Origin: an uncultured Actinomycetes bacterium
Lineage (GTDB): Bacteria; Actinomycetota; Thermoleophilia; UBA2241
Assembly: GCA_963725665.1 (NCBI GenBank)
Contig: CAVRZA010000002.1
Span: 512,001 to 576,000 of the forward strand
Direction: 5' to 3'
DNA: 64,000 nucleotides
The notes under the pieces were generated by a model. It saw nothing but the letters and a program-made list of their open reading frames with translations, had not been told where the DNA came from and did no database searches. The position numbers and the translations under genes are program-made. Positions 9,022 through 19,534 of the stretch are shown here, one piece after another (the first letter of the stretch is position 1; each line of letters starts with the position of its first letter).

Positions 9022-9603
9022 ATGGGGGAGCTTCAGACCACCCAGGAGATCAGCGAGCTCCATAGGATCTTCCTGGAAGACGTGTACGGGATCCCGGGGG
9101 GTGAGAAGATCAAGCTGTGCCAGCAGTGTGGCACGTGTTCGGGCTCTTGCCCCACGAGCTACCTGATGGACTACACCCCTCGCGAGATCGTCGCCGCCTT
9201 CCGCGCCGGGCAACTCGACAAGGTCCTCAAGAGCAACACCATCTGGCTGTGCACCTCGTGCTACTCCTGCACGGTGCGCTGTCCTGCCGGCATCAAGCTC
9301 ACAGACATCATGTACGAGCTGAAGCGGCTGGCAATCAAGTACGACTCCTGGCCGCGCGACTCGAAGAACCCTGCGATGACGAAGATCTTCGTCGACAACG
9401 TGCACAAGTACGGCCGTAACCACGAGGTCGGGCTGATGGCGAAGTTCATGGTCCACAAGCCTAGCCTGCCGTTCAAGTTCGCGGGCCTCGGCTGGAAGCT
9501 CGTCTCCACGGGTCGCATGCCGCTGTTCGCGAAGTCGATCCAGGGCCGCGAGGAGCTCGACAAGATCACAAGGTTCCTCGAGAGCAAGGAGGTGGCCTCA
9601 TGA
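9022..9603 (+). CDS. hdrC: Heterodisulfide reductase subunit C
   Basis: CQQCGTCSGSCP and WLCTSCYSCTVRCP 4Fe-4S motifs; operon context. Confidence 0.9.
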   Translation: MGELQTTQEISELHRIFLEDVYGIPGGEKIKLCQQCGTCSGSCPTSYLMDYTPREIVAAFRAGQLDKVLKSNTIWLCTSCYSCTVRCPAGIKLTDIMYELKRLAIKYDSWPRDSKNPAMTKIFVDNVHKYGRNHEVGLMAKFMVHKPSLPFKFAGLGWKLVSTGRMPLFAKSIQGREELDKITRFLESKEVAS

Positions 9604-10472
9604 AGTACTCGTACTTCCCGGGGTGCTCCGCCGAGGCCACGGGCGTAGCCTACGACGTCTCCGCACGGGCGGTCTGCGAGAAGCTCGGCATCGAGCTCGA
9701 GGAGATCCCTGACTGGAACTGCTGCGGCTCGACGAGCTACTTCTCCATCCGCGAGCTCGAGTCGTTCGGCATCTCCGCGCGTAACCTCGCCATCGCGCAG
9801 GAGATGGGCGACATGGACCTGGTGGCCACGTGTAGCGCCTGCTACACGATCCTCGCCAAGACCAACCGCTACCTCGCTGAGGACAAGGTACTCAAGGACG
9901 AGATCAACGAGGCGCTGGCCCTCGCCGGGCGGTCATACGACGGCAAGGTCAACGTGCGCCATCTTCTCGACGTGATGGTCAATGACGTCGGCTACGACGC
10001 CATCGCCGAGAAGGTCACGCGCAAGCTCGAGGGGCTCAGGGTGGCGCCGTACTACGGCTGCCAGCTCTCGCGTCCCATGGGCTCGTTCGACGACCCCGAG
10101 TTCCCCATGACGCTTGACAACCTCATCGCTGTCATGGGCGGCACGGCCATCGACTATCCCTGCAAGACCAAGTGCTGCGGCGGCATGCTGATGCTGACCA
10201 AGGAAGAGGCCGCGCTGCGCCTGTGCTTCGAGCTCCTCAAGTGCGCGGAGGTGCACGGCGCGCAGGTCATCGTCACTACCTGCCCCCTGTGCGAGATGAA
10301 CGTCGAGGCCTACCAGGCCATGGTCAACAAGGCCTACGGGACGAACTTCAAGATCCCCGTCATGTACTTCACCCAGCTCGTCGGGATCGCGCTGGGCATC
10401 GGGAGCAGGGATCTTGCTCTCGACAAGCAGGTCGTGTCGTGCGAGCCGGTCCTCGCGGCCGTGCCGGCCTAG
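9600..10472 (+). CDS. hdrB: Heterodisulfide reductase subunit B
   Basis: Two CCG domains: YFPGC..WNCCG..CSAC and YYGC..KCCGG..CPLC. Confidence 0.92.
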   Translation: MKYSYFPGCSAEATGVAYDVSARAVCEKLGIELEEIPDWNCCGSTSYFSIRELESFGISARNLAIAQEMGDMDLVATCSACYTILAKTNRYLAEDKVLKDEINEALALAGRSYDGKVNVRHLLDVMVNDVGYDAIAEKVTRKLEGLRVAPYYGCQLSRPMGSFDDPEFPMTLDNLIAVMGGTAIDYPCKTKCCGGMLMLTKEEAALRLCFELLKCAEVHGAQVIVTTCPLCEMNVEAYQAMVNKAYGTNFKIPVMYFTQLVGIALGIGSRDLALDKQVVSCEPVLAAVPA

Positions 10473-10492
10473 GGCGCGGGGAGGAGACGAAG

Positions 10493-12469
10493 ATGGCTGA
10501 AGACAAGATCGGCGTCTACTTCTGTCACTGCGGCACTAACATCGCCGGCAAGGTCGACGTGGCCGACGTCATCGAGTGGGCCGCGACGCAGCCCGGGGTG
10601 GTCGTGGCGCGGGAGTACAAGTACATGTGCTCCGACCCGGGGCAGGACCTGATCAAGAACGACATCCAGGAGATGGGACTCAACCGCGTGGTCGTCGCGG
10701 CCTGCTCGCCGACGATGCACGAGCCGACCTTCCGCAAGGCCGCCGGCGACGCCGGCCTCAACCCGTTCCTCCTGCAGATGGCGAACGTACGCGAGCACTG
10801 CTCGTGGGTCACGGTCGACCCCGTCGCCGCTACGGCCAAGGCAAAGCGTATCCTGAGCGCGCAGATCCACAGGCTGCCGTTCAACGAGCCGCTCAACCCC
10901 ATCGACGTGGCGGTCAATCCCGACGTCCTCGTGGTCGGCGGCGGCATCGCCGGCATCGAGGCGGCCCTCAAGCTGGCCGAGGCGGGCAAGCATGTCTACA
11001 TGGTCGAGCGCAACCCCTCGATCGGCGGCCACATGGCGATGTTCGACAAGACCTTCCCGACTCTCGACTGCGCGGCGTGCATCCTGACGCCCAAGATGTC
11101 GGCGCTCGGCAAGCATCCCAACATCACCCTCATGGCCTACTCCGAGGTGACCGAGGTCGACGGGTACGTAGGCAACTTCAAGGTCAAGGTCACCAAGAAG
11201 GCGAGCTATGTCGACAACGACAAATGCACCGGCTGCGGCGCCTGCCAGGAGGCCTGCGTCGTGCGCAAGGTAAGGAGCGAGTTCGACCAGGGTCTCGGGT
11301 ACCGCAGCGCGATCTACATCCCCTTCCCCCAGGCCGTGCCGCTGCGCGCCACGATCGACCCCGAGAAGTGCCTCACGCTGTCGAAGGGCAAGTGCAAACA
11401 GCAGGCCTGTGTCGGCGCCTGCGGGCCGGGCGCCATCGACTTCGAGCAGCAGGACGAGGTGGTCGATCTCGAGGTCGGTGCCATCATCATGGCCACGGGC
11501 TTCGAGCTCTTCGACTGCAGGACCGAGTCCAAGTACGGCTACGGGCGCCTCGACAACGTGATCACGAGCCTCGAGTTCGAGCGCCTGTCGAACGCGTCGG
11601 GACCGACCGGCGGGCACATCGTCTGCAAGAGCGGCGAAGCGCCCAAGTCGGTCGCCATCCTGCACTGCGTCGGCAGCCGCGACGAGAACTACCAGGAGTA
11701 CTGCTCGAAGGTCTGCTGCATGTACTCGCTCAAGTTCGCCCACCTCATCAGGGAGCACCTGCCCGAGACCGAGATCCACGAGCTCTACATCGACATGCGC
11801 ACCAACGGCAAGGGCTACGAGGAGTTCTACAAGCGCCTCATGAACGAGGACGTGAACTTTATCCGCGGCCGCGCCGCCGAGGTGAGCGACGTGGCGCTCA
11901 CGTCCGAGGAAGAGGGCAAGCTGATCGTGAAGGCCGAGGACACGCTGCTCGGCATCGTGCGCCGGCTTCCGGTCGACATGGTGATCCTCTCCGCCGGCAT
12001 GGCGCCGCCCCACGACGCCAAGGAGGTCTCGCAGGTCTTCGGCTTCGGCTGCAGCGCGAGCGGCTTCTACCTCGAGCGCCATCCCAAGCTGGAGCCGGTG
12101 GCGACCGTCACCGACGGCATCTTCATCGCCGGCGCCTGCCAGTACCCCAAGGACATCCCCGACACGGTGGCCCAGGCGGGCGCGGCAGCGGCCGGTGCGC
12201 TGACCCTGGTCAACAACGCGACGGTCAAGGTCGAGCCGACCATCTCCTACATCGACCCGGAGAAGTGCTCCGGCTGCCACATCTGCGTGGGAATCTGCCC
12301 ACATCAGGCGATCCAGTACAACGAGGAGAAGGGCGTCGCCGAGGTCATCGAGGCCGCCTGCAAGGGCTGCGGCGTGTGCGTCGCGGCTTGCGGCTCGAAC
12401 GTGCCGCAACAGCGCGGGTACCTCGACGGCCAGATCTTCGCCGAGATCGAAGGAGCGTTGGCCGTCTAG
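10493..12469 (+). CDS. hdrA: Heterodisulfide reductase subunit A (FAD, Fe-S)
   Basis: GAGGAG RBS; IGVYFCHCGTNI, VVAACSP, GGGIAG, DKTFPTLDCAAC, CVGSRD..CSKVCC, ferredoxin inserts. Confidence 0.95.
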   Translation: MAEDKIGVYFCHCGTNIAGKVDVADVIEWAATQPGVVVAREYKYMCSDPGQDLIKNDIQEMGLNRVVVAACSPTMHEPTFRKAAGDAGLNPFLLQMANVREHCSWVTVDPVAATAKAKRILSAQIHRLPFNEPLNPIDVAVNPDVLVVGGGIAGIEAALKLAEAGKHVYMVERNPSIGGHMAMFDKTFPTLDCAACILTPKMSALGKHPNITLMAYSEVTEVDGYVGNFKVKVTKKASYVDNDKCTGCGACQEACVVRKVRSEFDQGLGYRSAIYIPFPQAVPLRATIDPEKCLTLSKGKCKQQACVGACGPGAIDFEQQDEVVDLEVGAIIMATGFELFDCRTESKYGYGRLDNVITSLEFERLSNASGPTGGHIVCKSGEAPKSVAILHCVGSRDENYQEYCSKVCCMYSLKFAHLIREHLPETEIHELYIDMRTNGKGYEEFYKRLMNEDVNFIRGRAAEVSDVALTSEEEGKLIVKAEDTLLGIVRRLPVDMVILSAGMAPPHDAKEVSQVFGFGCSASGFYLERHPKLEPVATVTDGIFIAGACQYPKDIPDTVAQAGAAAAGALTLVNNATVKVEPTISYIDPEKCSGCHICVGICPHQAIQYNEEKGVAEVIEAACKGCGVCVAACGSNVPQQRGYLDGQIFAEIEGALAV

Positions 12470-12496
12470 GCCGGCGAGGACGGGAGGAGTGAAGAC

Positions 12497-12985
12497 GTGA
12501 GCGACACCGTTTTCGAGCCGCGGCTGATCGGCTTCCTGTGCCGTTGGTGTAGCTACAACGGCGCCGACCTCGCCGGCACGGCGCGGATGAAGTACCCGCC
12601 CAACATGGTCCCCATTAAGACCAACTGCTCGGGCCGCGTCGACCCGACCTTCGTCATGAAGGCCTTCAAGGAGGGCGCCGACGGCGTGCTCATCGCGGGC
12701 TGCCATCCCGGTGACTGTCACTACATCAACGGCAACTATCGCACGGCTGGGCGCTATCCCCTGATGGAGATCCTCCTCCAGCAGCTCGGCCTCGAGCCGG
12801 GACGAGTGCGCCTCGAATGGATCTCGGCCGCCGAGGGCGACAAGTTCGCGCGCACGGTGAGCGAGTTCACCGAGCAGATCAGGGCGCTCGGGCCGCTTGA
12901 GTGGAGCACGCAGTTCAACGGCAATGGCTCCGGCAGAGAGATCACGGCGGGGGCGGAACAACGGCTCGAGGAGGTGCCGGCATGA
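12497..12985 (+). CDS. mvhD: Methyl-viologen-reducing hydrogenase delta subunit (2Fe-2S)
   Basis: FLCRWCSY, CSGRVDP, GCHPGDCHY, WISAAEG. Confidence 0.93.
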   Translation: MSDTVFEPRLIGFLCRWCSYNGADLAGTARMKYPPNMVPIKTNCSGRVDPTFVMKAFKEGADGVLIAGCHPGDCHYINGNYRTAGRYPLMEILLQQLGLEPGRVRLEWISAAEGDKFARTVSEFTEQIRALGPLEWSTQFNGNGSGREITAGAEQRLEEVPA

Positions 12986-13977
12986 GCAAGCCCAAGCTGG
13001 CCCTCTACTGGGCCGCGAGCTGTGGCGGCTGTGAGATCGCCGTGCTCGAGATGAAGGAGAAGATCCTCGACGTCGCGGAGGCGTTCGACATCGTCTTCTG
13101 GCCGGTGGCGATCGACTTCAAGTACAAGGATGTCGAGGCGATGGACGACGGCTCCGTCGACGTCTGCCTGTTCAACGGCGCCATCCGCAACTCCGAGAAC
13201 GAATACCTGGCCAAGCTGCTGCGCCGCAAGGCGAAGGTCATGGTGGCCTTCGGCGCTTGCGCCAGCATGGGCGGCATCCCGGGGCTCGCCAACGTCGCCA
13301 CCAGGCGCGAGATCATGGACCTCGTCTATACGCAGGAACCGTCGGTCGACAACCCCGAGCGCGTGTTCCCGCAGACGAAGGTGATGGTCGAGGAAGGCGA
13401 GCTCGACCTGCCCGAGCTCTACGACACCGTGAAGACGCTCGACCAGACGGTTCCCGTCGACTACTACGTGCCTGGCTGCGCCCCTGAGGCCGACCAGATC
13501 TGGTCCGTCGTGAGCACGGTCATCGAGGCGCTCAAGACCGGCAAGCTGCCGCCCAAGGGCGCCGTGCTGGGAGCCGGCGAGAAGACCTGCTGCGACGAGT
13601 GCGAGCGGGTCAAGGAAGAGAAGAAGATCAGCGCTTTCAAGCGCCCCTGGGAGATCATCCCCGAGCCCGAGAAGTGCCTGCTCGAACAGGGCATCATCTG
13701 CATGGGTCCGGCGACGCGTGCCGGCTGCGGGACGCGTTGCGTGAAGGCCAACATGCCCTGCCGCGGCTGCTACGGGCCGCCTGTAGGCGTCATCGATCAG
13801 GGCGCCAAGATGCTGAGCACGGTGGCGTCGATCGTCGACGCCGAGACCCCCGAGAAGATCGCCGAGATCGCCGCCACCGTGCCCGATCCGCTGGGCACGT
13901 TCTACCGCTTCGGGCTCGCCAGCTCGTTGCTGCGGCGAGCGAAGGTCCCCGCGGCACGAAGTGAGGCACCGGTATGA
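12982..13977 (+). CDS. mvhG: [NiFe] hydrogenase group 3c small subunit
   Basis: SCGGC, FGACA, PGCAP, CCDEC, CLLEQGIICMGPATRAGCG..CRGCYGP. Confidence 0.92.
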   Translation: MSKPKLALYWAASCGGCEIAVLEMKEKILDVAEAFDIVFWPVAIDFKYKDVEAMDDGSVDVCLFNGAIRNSENEYLAKLLRRKAKVMVAFGACASMGGIPGLANVATRREIMDLVYTQEPSVDNPERVFPQTKVMVEEGELDLPELYDTVKTLDQTVPVDYYVPGCAPEADQIWSVVSTVIEALKTGKLPPKGAVLGAGEKTCCDECERVKEEKKISAFKRPWEIIPEPEKCLLEQGIICMGPATRAGCGTRCVKANMPCRGCYGPPVGVIDQGAKMLSTVASIVDAETPEKIAEIAATVPDPLGTFYRFGLASSLLRRAKVPAARSEAPV

Positions 13978-15443
13978 GAAAGATCAGCATCGATCCGATC
14001 ACCCGGCTCGAGGGCCACGGCAAGATCGAGATCTTCGTCAACGACGCCGGTGAGGTCGCCAACGTCTACTTCCAGGTGCCTGAACTGCGCGGCTTCGAGC
14101 GCTTCTGTGTCGGCCGGCCGGTCGAGGAGCTGGCGCGCATCACGCCGCGCATCTGTGGCGTGTGCCCAGAAGCGCACCACATGGCCTCGACCAAGGCCAT
14201 CGACGGTGTCTTCGGCGTCGAGCCCGCACCGGCCGGCCGCAAGCTGCGCGAGCTGCTCTACAACGCGTTCTTCGCCGGCGATCACACGACGCACTTCTTC
14301 GTGCTCGCCGGCCCCGACTTCGTCGTCGGGCCCACCGCCGACCCCGCCGAACGCAACATCCTGGGCGTCATCGCCAAGGTCGGCTTGGAGATCGGCGGTG
14401 CCGTCATCAAGATGCGCGCCGAGGCCAACGAGCTCGTCTCGATCATCGGCGGCAAGGCGATCCACCCCGTGTGTGGGCTGCCGGGCGGCGTGAGCAAGGC
14501 GCTTACGCCCGAGGAGCGTGACCGCGCCGTCGAGATCGCCACGGGCCAGGTCGAGTTCGCCAAGGTGGCGTTGCAGATCTTCGACGACGTGGTGCTGGGC
14601 AACCCAGTCTACGTCGACCTCATCAAGAGTGACGCCTTCGCCCACGAGACGTACTACATGGGGACGGTCGACGAGGACAACAAGGTCAACTTCTACGACG
14701 GCAAGGTCCGCGTGGTCGACCCGTCGGGGGCCGAGTTCGTCAAGTTCGAGGCCAAGGACTACCTCCAGCATCTGGCCGAGCACGTCGAGCCCTACAGCTA
14801 CCTGGTCTATCCGTATCTCAAGGGCGTGGGCTGGAAGGGCTTCGTCGACGGCAAGGAGTCGGGCGTCTATCGCGCCTCGCCGCTCAGCCGTTTGAACGCC
14901 TCCGACGGCATGACGACGCCTCTGGCGCAGGCTGAGTATGAGCGCATGTACGACACGCTCGGCGGCAAGCCGGTGCACGCCACGCTGGCTACGCACTGGG
15001 CACGGCTTGTGGAGCTCATGTATGCCGCCGAGCGCACCCTGGAGCTGGCGCAGGATCCCGAGATCACCGATCCCAACGTGAGGAACATCCCCACGGGGAT
15101 CGTCGGAGAGGGGATCGGGTGCGTCGAAGCCCCGCGCGGTACGCTCTATCACCACTACAAGACCGACGAGAAGGGGTTTGTGACTGCGGTCAACCTGATC
15201 GTGGGGACGACGAACAACAACGCCGCCATCTCCATGTCTCTCAAGAAGGCGGCCATGGGACTGATCAAGAAGGATGCCGAGATCGACGAGGGCCAGCTGA
15301 ACATGGTCGAGATGGCCTTCCGCGCCTACGACCCCTGCTTCGGCTGCGCCACGCACAGCCTGCCGGGGGAGATGCCGCTGCACGTGGTCGTGCGCTCTGA
15401 GAGCACCGGCGAGGTCCTGAGCAGCGTGAAGAGGCACATGTAG
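13974..15443 (+). CDS. mvhA: [NiFe] hydrogenase group 3c large subunit
   Basis: TRLEGH, L1 RICGVC, EAPRG, L2 DPCFGCATH followed by cleavable C-terminal extension. Confidence 0.95.
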   Translation: MRKISIDPITRLEGHGKIEIFVNDAGEVANVYFQVPELRGFERFCVGRPVEELARITPRICGVCPEAHHMASTKAIDGVFGVEPAPAGRKLRELLYNAFFAGDHTTHFFVLAGPDFVVGPTADPAERNILGVIAKVGLEIGGAVIKMRAEANELVSIIGGKAIHPVCGLPGGVSKALTPEERDRAVEIATGQVEFAKVALQIFDDVVLGNPVYVDLIKSDAFAHETYYMGTVDEDNKVNFYDGKVRVVDPSGAEFVKFEAKDYLQHLAEHVEPYSYLVYPYLKGVGWKGFVDGKESGVYRASPLSRLNASDGMTTPLAQAEYERMYDTLGGKPVHATLATHWARLVELMYAAERTLELAQDPEITDPNVRNIPTGIVGEGIGCVEAPRGTLYHHYKTDEKGFVTAVNLIVGTTNNNAAISMSLKKAAMGLIKKDAEIDEGQLNMVEMAFRAYDPCFGCATHSLPGEMPLHVVVRSESTGEVLSSVKRHM

Positions 15444-15445
15444 GC

Positions 15446-15991
15446 ATGGATCACCACACCCTCGTCTTGGGCATGGGCAACCCGATCCTGTCGGACGACG
15501 CGGTCGGGCTTCTCGTGGCGCAGCGCTTCGCCGAGAGACCCATGCCCGACGGGGTGGAGGTGCTCGAGAGCGAGCAGGGTGGTCTTCGCCTGCTCGACCT
15601 CGTTCGTGGTTTCACGAGGTTGATCATTATCGACGCCCTCAAGAGCGGGCGTACACCCGGTGAGGTCACCATCTTCACCGAGGCCGATTTCGCCGGTGGT
15701 CACCGCTACGGGTCGGCGCACTCGATCAGCTTGCGCACCGCGCTCGAACTGGGGCGGCAGCTGGGGTACGACATGCCCGAGAGGGTGACCGTGTTCGCGA
15801 TCGAGGCCGACGACGTGGAGACGTTCGGCGAGCGGCTGTCGCCGCCTGTGGCGGCGGCGGCCGCTCGCGTCGTTGAGCTCGTCGAAGCCGAAGTAGGGAT
15901 CCTTCCGCCGGCGGGCACGGGTCCGCCGGCGGGGGCGCGGGCGCTTCGGGATTCGTGGACTGAGCGAGGAGGGAGGTCTTCGAGTGCGTGA
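15446..15991 (+). CDS. Hydrogenase maturation endopeptidase (HyaD/HycI family)
   Basis: LGMGNPILSDDAVG, IIDA, SAH, LSPPV. Confidence 0.9.
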   Translation: MDHHTLVLGMGNPILSDDAVGLLVAQRFAERPMPDGVEVLESEQGGLRLLDLVRGFTRLIIIDALKSGRTPGEVTIFTEADFAGGHRYGSAHSISLRTALELGRQLGYDMPERVTVFAIEADDVETFGERLSPPVAAAAARVVELVEAEVGILPPAGTGPPAGARALRDSWTERGGRSSSA

Positions 15992-16854
15992 CGCGAGCGT
16001 CGTCCTGTTCACCGATCAGCCCGTCGACGCCGTGCGCGCCGCTCTGCACGGCATCTGGGACACCTCCACGCCTTACGAGATCATCGTCATGGCAAGCCGC
16101 TGCGACGAGGAGATCGCCGGCTATCTCATGCGCCAGTACCGCCGCGGCAAGATATCGAGCTTCGCCTTCGACATGGGGGGCGCGCCGGCGACCCACTGCG
16201 GTCTCGACCGCGGCTTCCATTTCGCCGACGGCAAGTACCTGGTGCGGGTGCAGGACGGGCTCGTCTTCGAGCCGGGCTGGCTCGAGCAGGCCATCGACGC
16301 GCTCGAAGCGGCCCCCGAGATCGGCTGCCTCGGACTGGTCGAGCCGGGCGGGCGCCGACGACGCGGACGTCCGCCCAAGCCGCGCCACAAGGCGGTGCTC
16401 GTCGATACCGTCGACACGACCTGCTTCATCACTCCGCACTACGCCTTCGAGCGACACGAGAGCGAGCTGCTCGGAGCAGCGGCTGGCCGAACATTGCGCC
16501 TATCAGACGCGGCTCAAGGAGATCGGCATGCAGCTGGCGTTCTACCCGGGTCTCGTCAAACGCGCCGACGCCGAGACGGCCGTCGCGAACGGCCGCGTTG
16601 AGATCGACGCGGAGCTTCCCCTGCACGATGGGAGCAGCGGGGTGCAGCAGCGCATCCACCAGGTGTACGAGCTGGGCGAGGACGTCTTGCTTACCTGCAT
16701 GTCCTGCGGCAACAATGAGCTGGAAGTGCGGGCCGCCACGGTCGAGTTCTGCCCGACTCACGGTTCGCCTGTCGGATACACGTACACGCTTCGCTGTGGC
16801 TCGTGCCACGAGCTGCAGTACGAGGAGGACATGCAGCTTACATGTCCGGGCTAG
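15984..16854 (+). CDS. Hypothetical protein: degenerate GT2-like fold + C-terminal Cys-rich Zn-ribbon (frameshift ~16472)
   Basis: GLDRGFHFADGKYLVRVQDGLVFEPGWLEQAIDALEAAPEIG in frame 15984, continuing in frame 15988 to CMSC..CPTH..CGSC..TCPG; overlaps both neighbours. Confidence 0.55.
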
Positions 16855-19531
16855 AGCCCCCCGCCGACCCGCCGGAGGGGCGTGAGCCCTCGGTCGCGGC
16901 CGCGGTGTTCCGCGTGAGCGGCGTCGTCCAGGGAGTCGGCTTTCGTCCCTTCGTCTACGCGCTCGCCCGTCGCTGCGGCCTGAGGGGCTGGGTGCGCAAC
17001 ACCTCTGCCGGTGTCGAGATCGCGGTCGAGGGAGCGGCGGCCGACGTCGAGTCGTTCGCCGCCGCTCTGCCCGACGAGGCGCCTGAGAGGGCTTTCATCG
17101 CCTCGCTCGAGCGCGCGCCGGCCGAGCCCACCGGGGCCGCCAAGTTCGTCATCCTCGAGAGCGCCGCGGACCCGACCGCATACCAGCTCGTCTCGCCCGA
17201 CATCGCGCTCTGTGACGACTGCCGACGGGAGCTGCTCGATCCCTCCGACAGGCGCTACCGCTACCCGTTCATCAACTGCACCAACTGCGGTCCGCGCTTC
17301 ACCATCATCGAGTCCCTGCCCTACGACCGCGAGCGCACGACGATGCGCGGCTTCACGCTCTGCGACGACTGCCGGCGCGAGTATCGCGACCCGAGCGACC
17401 GGCGCTTTCACGCCGAGCCGATCGCCTGTCCCGTGTGCGGACCCCACGTCGAGTTGTGGCGGCGCGGCGCGTGGGAACCCGACTCGTCGGGCGCCGTCGC
17501 GCCGCAGGCGCAGCTCGTTGCCGAGCGCGACGAGGCGATCCGGCTCGCCGGCGGAGTGCTGCGCGAAGGCGCCATCGTGGCGGTGAAGGGTCTAGGCGGC
17601 TTTCACCTCGCTTGCGATGCGACCAACGGCGACGTGGTACGCGAGCTCAAGCGCCGCAAAGGACGGCCCGACAAGCCGCTGGCCGTGATGATGACCGACC
17701 TCGAGGAGATTCACCGCCACTGCACGACCGACGCGATCGAGGAGGAGCTGCTGGCCTCGCCGGAGCAGCCCATCGTGCTCGTGCGCTGGCCGGCCGGAGA
17801 AGCGGCGGCGCGAGCGAAGCTGGGAAACGGGGAAGAGTCGGCCGGAGCAGCGGCGGCGCGAGCAGGGCTGGGGAGGAGGGACGGCTCGGCGAGCGGCATG
17901 AGGCCGTGCGGAGACGAAGGGGGTATCGACCCCGAGGTAGCCGTGCGCCAGCGCTACTTGGGGGTGATGCTGCCGTACACCCCCCTGCACGTGCTGCTGC
18001 TGCGAGAGGCCGGTCGGCCCCTCGTCATGACGAGCGGCAACCTTGCGGAGGAGCCGATCGTCGCGACGTGGGACGAGCTCGCGCGGTTGGGCGGGATCCC
18101 CGACTACTACCTCGTGCACGATCGCGACATCTACGCTCGCTACGACGACTCCGTGGCGCTCGTGCGCGCCGGCCGGCCGCGGCTGGTGCGCCGTTCGCGC
18201 GGCTACGCTCCCTTCCCGGTGGCCCTGCCGCGCGCACTGCCGAAAGTCCTCGCCTGCGGCGCCGAGCTGAAGAACTCCTTCTGCCTCACGCGCGACGCCA
18301 ACGCCTTCGTGAGCCAGCACATCGGCGACCTCGAGAACCTCGAGACACTCGAGCACTTCGAGGTCGCCGTCGAGCTGTACAAGTCCCTGTTCCGGCTCGA
18401 GCCGGAGCTCGTCGCCTACGACCTGCACCCCGAGTACCTGGCGACCAAGTACGCGCTCGGCCTGCCGGGGCCGAAGCTGGGCGTGCAGCATCACCACGCG
18501 CACGTCGCCGCTTGTCTCGTCGAGCACCGGCGGGCCGAGCGCGTGATCGGCGTGAGCATGGACGGGCTCGGGTTCGGGACCGACGGCCGCCTCTGGGGCG
18601 GCGAGATCATGGCCTGCGACCTCAGCGGCTTTCGCCGTCTCGCCCACCTCGAGGAGCTGCCGCTGCCTGGTGGCGCGCTCGCCATCCGCAGGCCGGCGCG
18701 CACCGCCGCGGGCTGGGTCGCGGCCCTGCTCGGGCCGGACGCGGCGCGCCGCGCCGCTGCCCGGGTAGGCTGGGCAGGGGAGGCCACGCATCGGCGCGAC
18801 GGTGCGGACGGGGGACGAGGCCTGCTGGGTGAGGATGAGCTCGAGGCTGTGCTGCGGCAGGTCGAGACGGGCGTCAACGCGCCGTCGACGACGAGCTGCG
18901 GCCGGCTCTTCGACGCCGTCGCCGCCCTCGCCGGTGTGCGGGGCGAGATCACCTATGAAGGCCAGGCGGCGATCGAGCTGGAGATGGCTTCGTCACCAGG
19001 CGCCGAGCCGTACCCCTACGTGGTTGACGAGAGGGATGCGCGGCCGGGCGACGTCTGGGGCTCCATGGCGGGTGGCGCCGGCGGCGCCGGCCGCGGCAGC
19101 TCGCTCAGGGGCGCCGACGAGGCAGGTCAGACGAGCTTGGGCGAGGGTGGCGGCGGGGAGAGGCCGGTGTCTGGGTCATCAGGCTGGCCCCTCTCTTCGA
19201 AACGCTGCTGGGCGAGCTCGCCCGTGGGCGCGAGCCGGCCCCGGCGCGAGCCGGCTCGCGCCTGCACGCCACCATCCCGGCGATGATCCTCGACATCTGC
19301 CGCCGGGTGCGCCGCGACGAGGGCCTGGGCACCGTCGCGCTGTCGGGGGGTGTCTTTCAGAACCGCCTCCTCACCGATCTCTGTGAGGAGGCGCTGGAGG
19401 GCGACGGGTTCGAGGTCCTCACGCATGCCCTGGTGCCGCCCAACGACGGCGGCCTCTCCCTTGGTCAGGCCGCCGTCGCTGGCTATACTCTCCTGCGCGA
19501 GGCCACCGCCGCGTCCTCTGAAGGCAGGTAG
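16842..19531 (+). CDS. hypF: Carbamoyltransferase HypF (frameshift ~19165)
   Basis: GVVQGVGFRP acylphosphatase, two CDDC...CxxC zinc fingers, KGLGGFHL, QHHHAH, TSCGRLFD; C-terminal LSGGVFQN..PPNDGGLSLGQ in frame 19283. Confidence 0.92.
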
Positions 19532-19534
19532 CCC

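Noticed and set aside
10469-12961. Long antisense/alternative-frame ORFs (also 334..1827, 31205..33799, 35058..37247, 42797..44989 and others)
   Set aside because: Shadow ORFs expected in high-GC DNA opposite well-supported genes; no motifs
9022-15443. Selenocysteine in Hdr/Mvh subunits
   Set aside because: No in-frame TGA; Cys codons occupy the relevant positions
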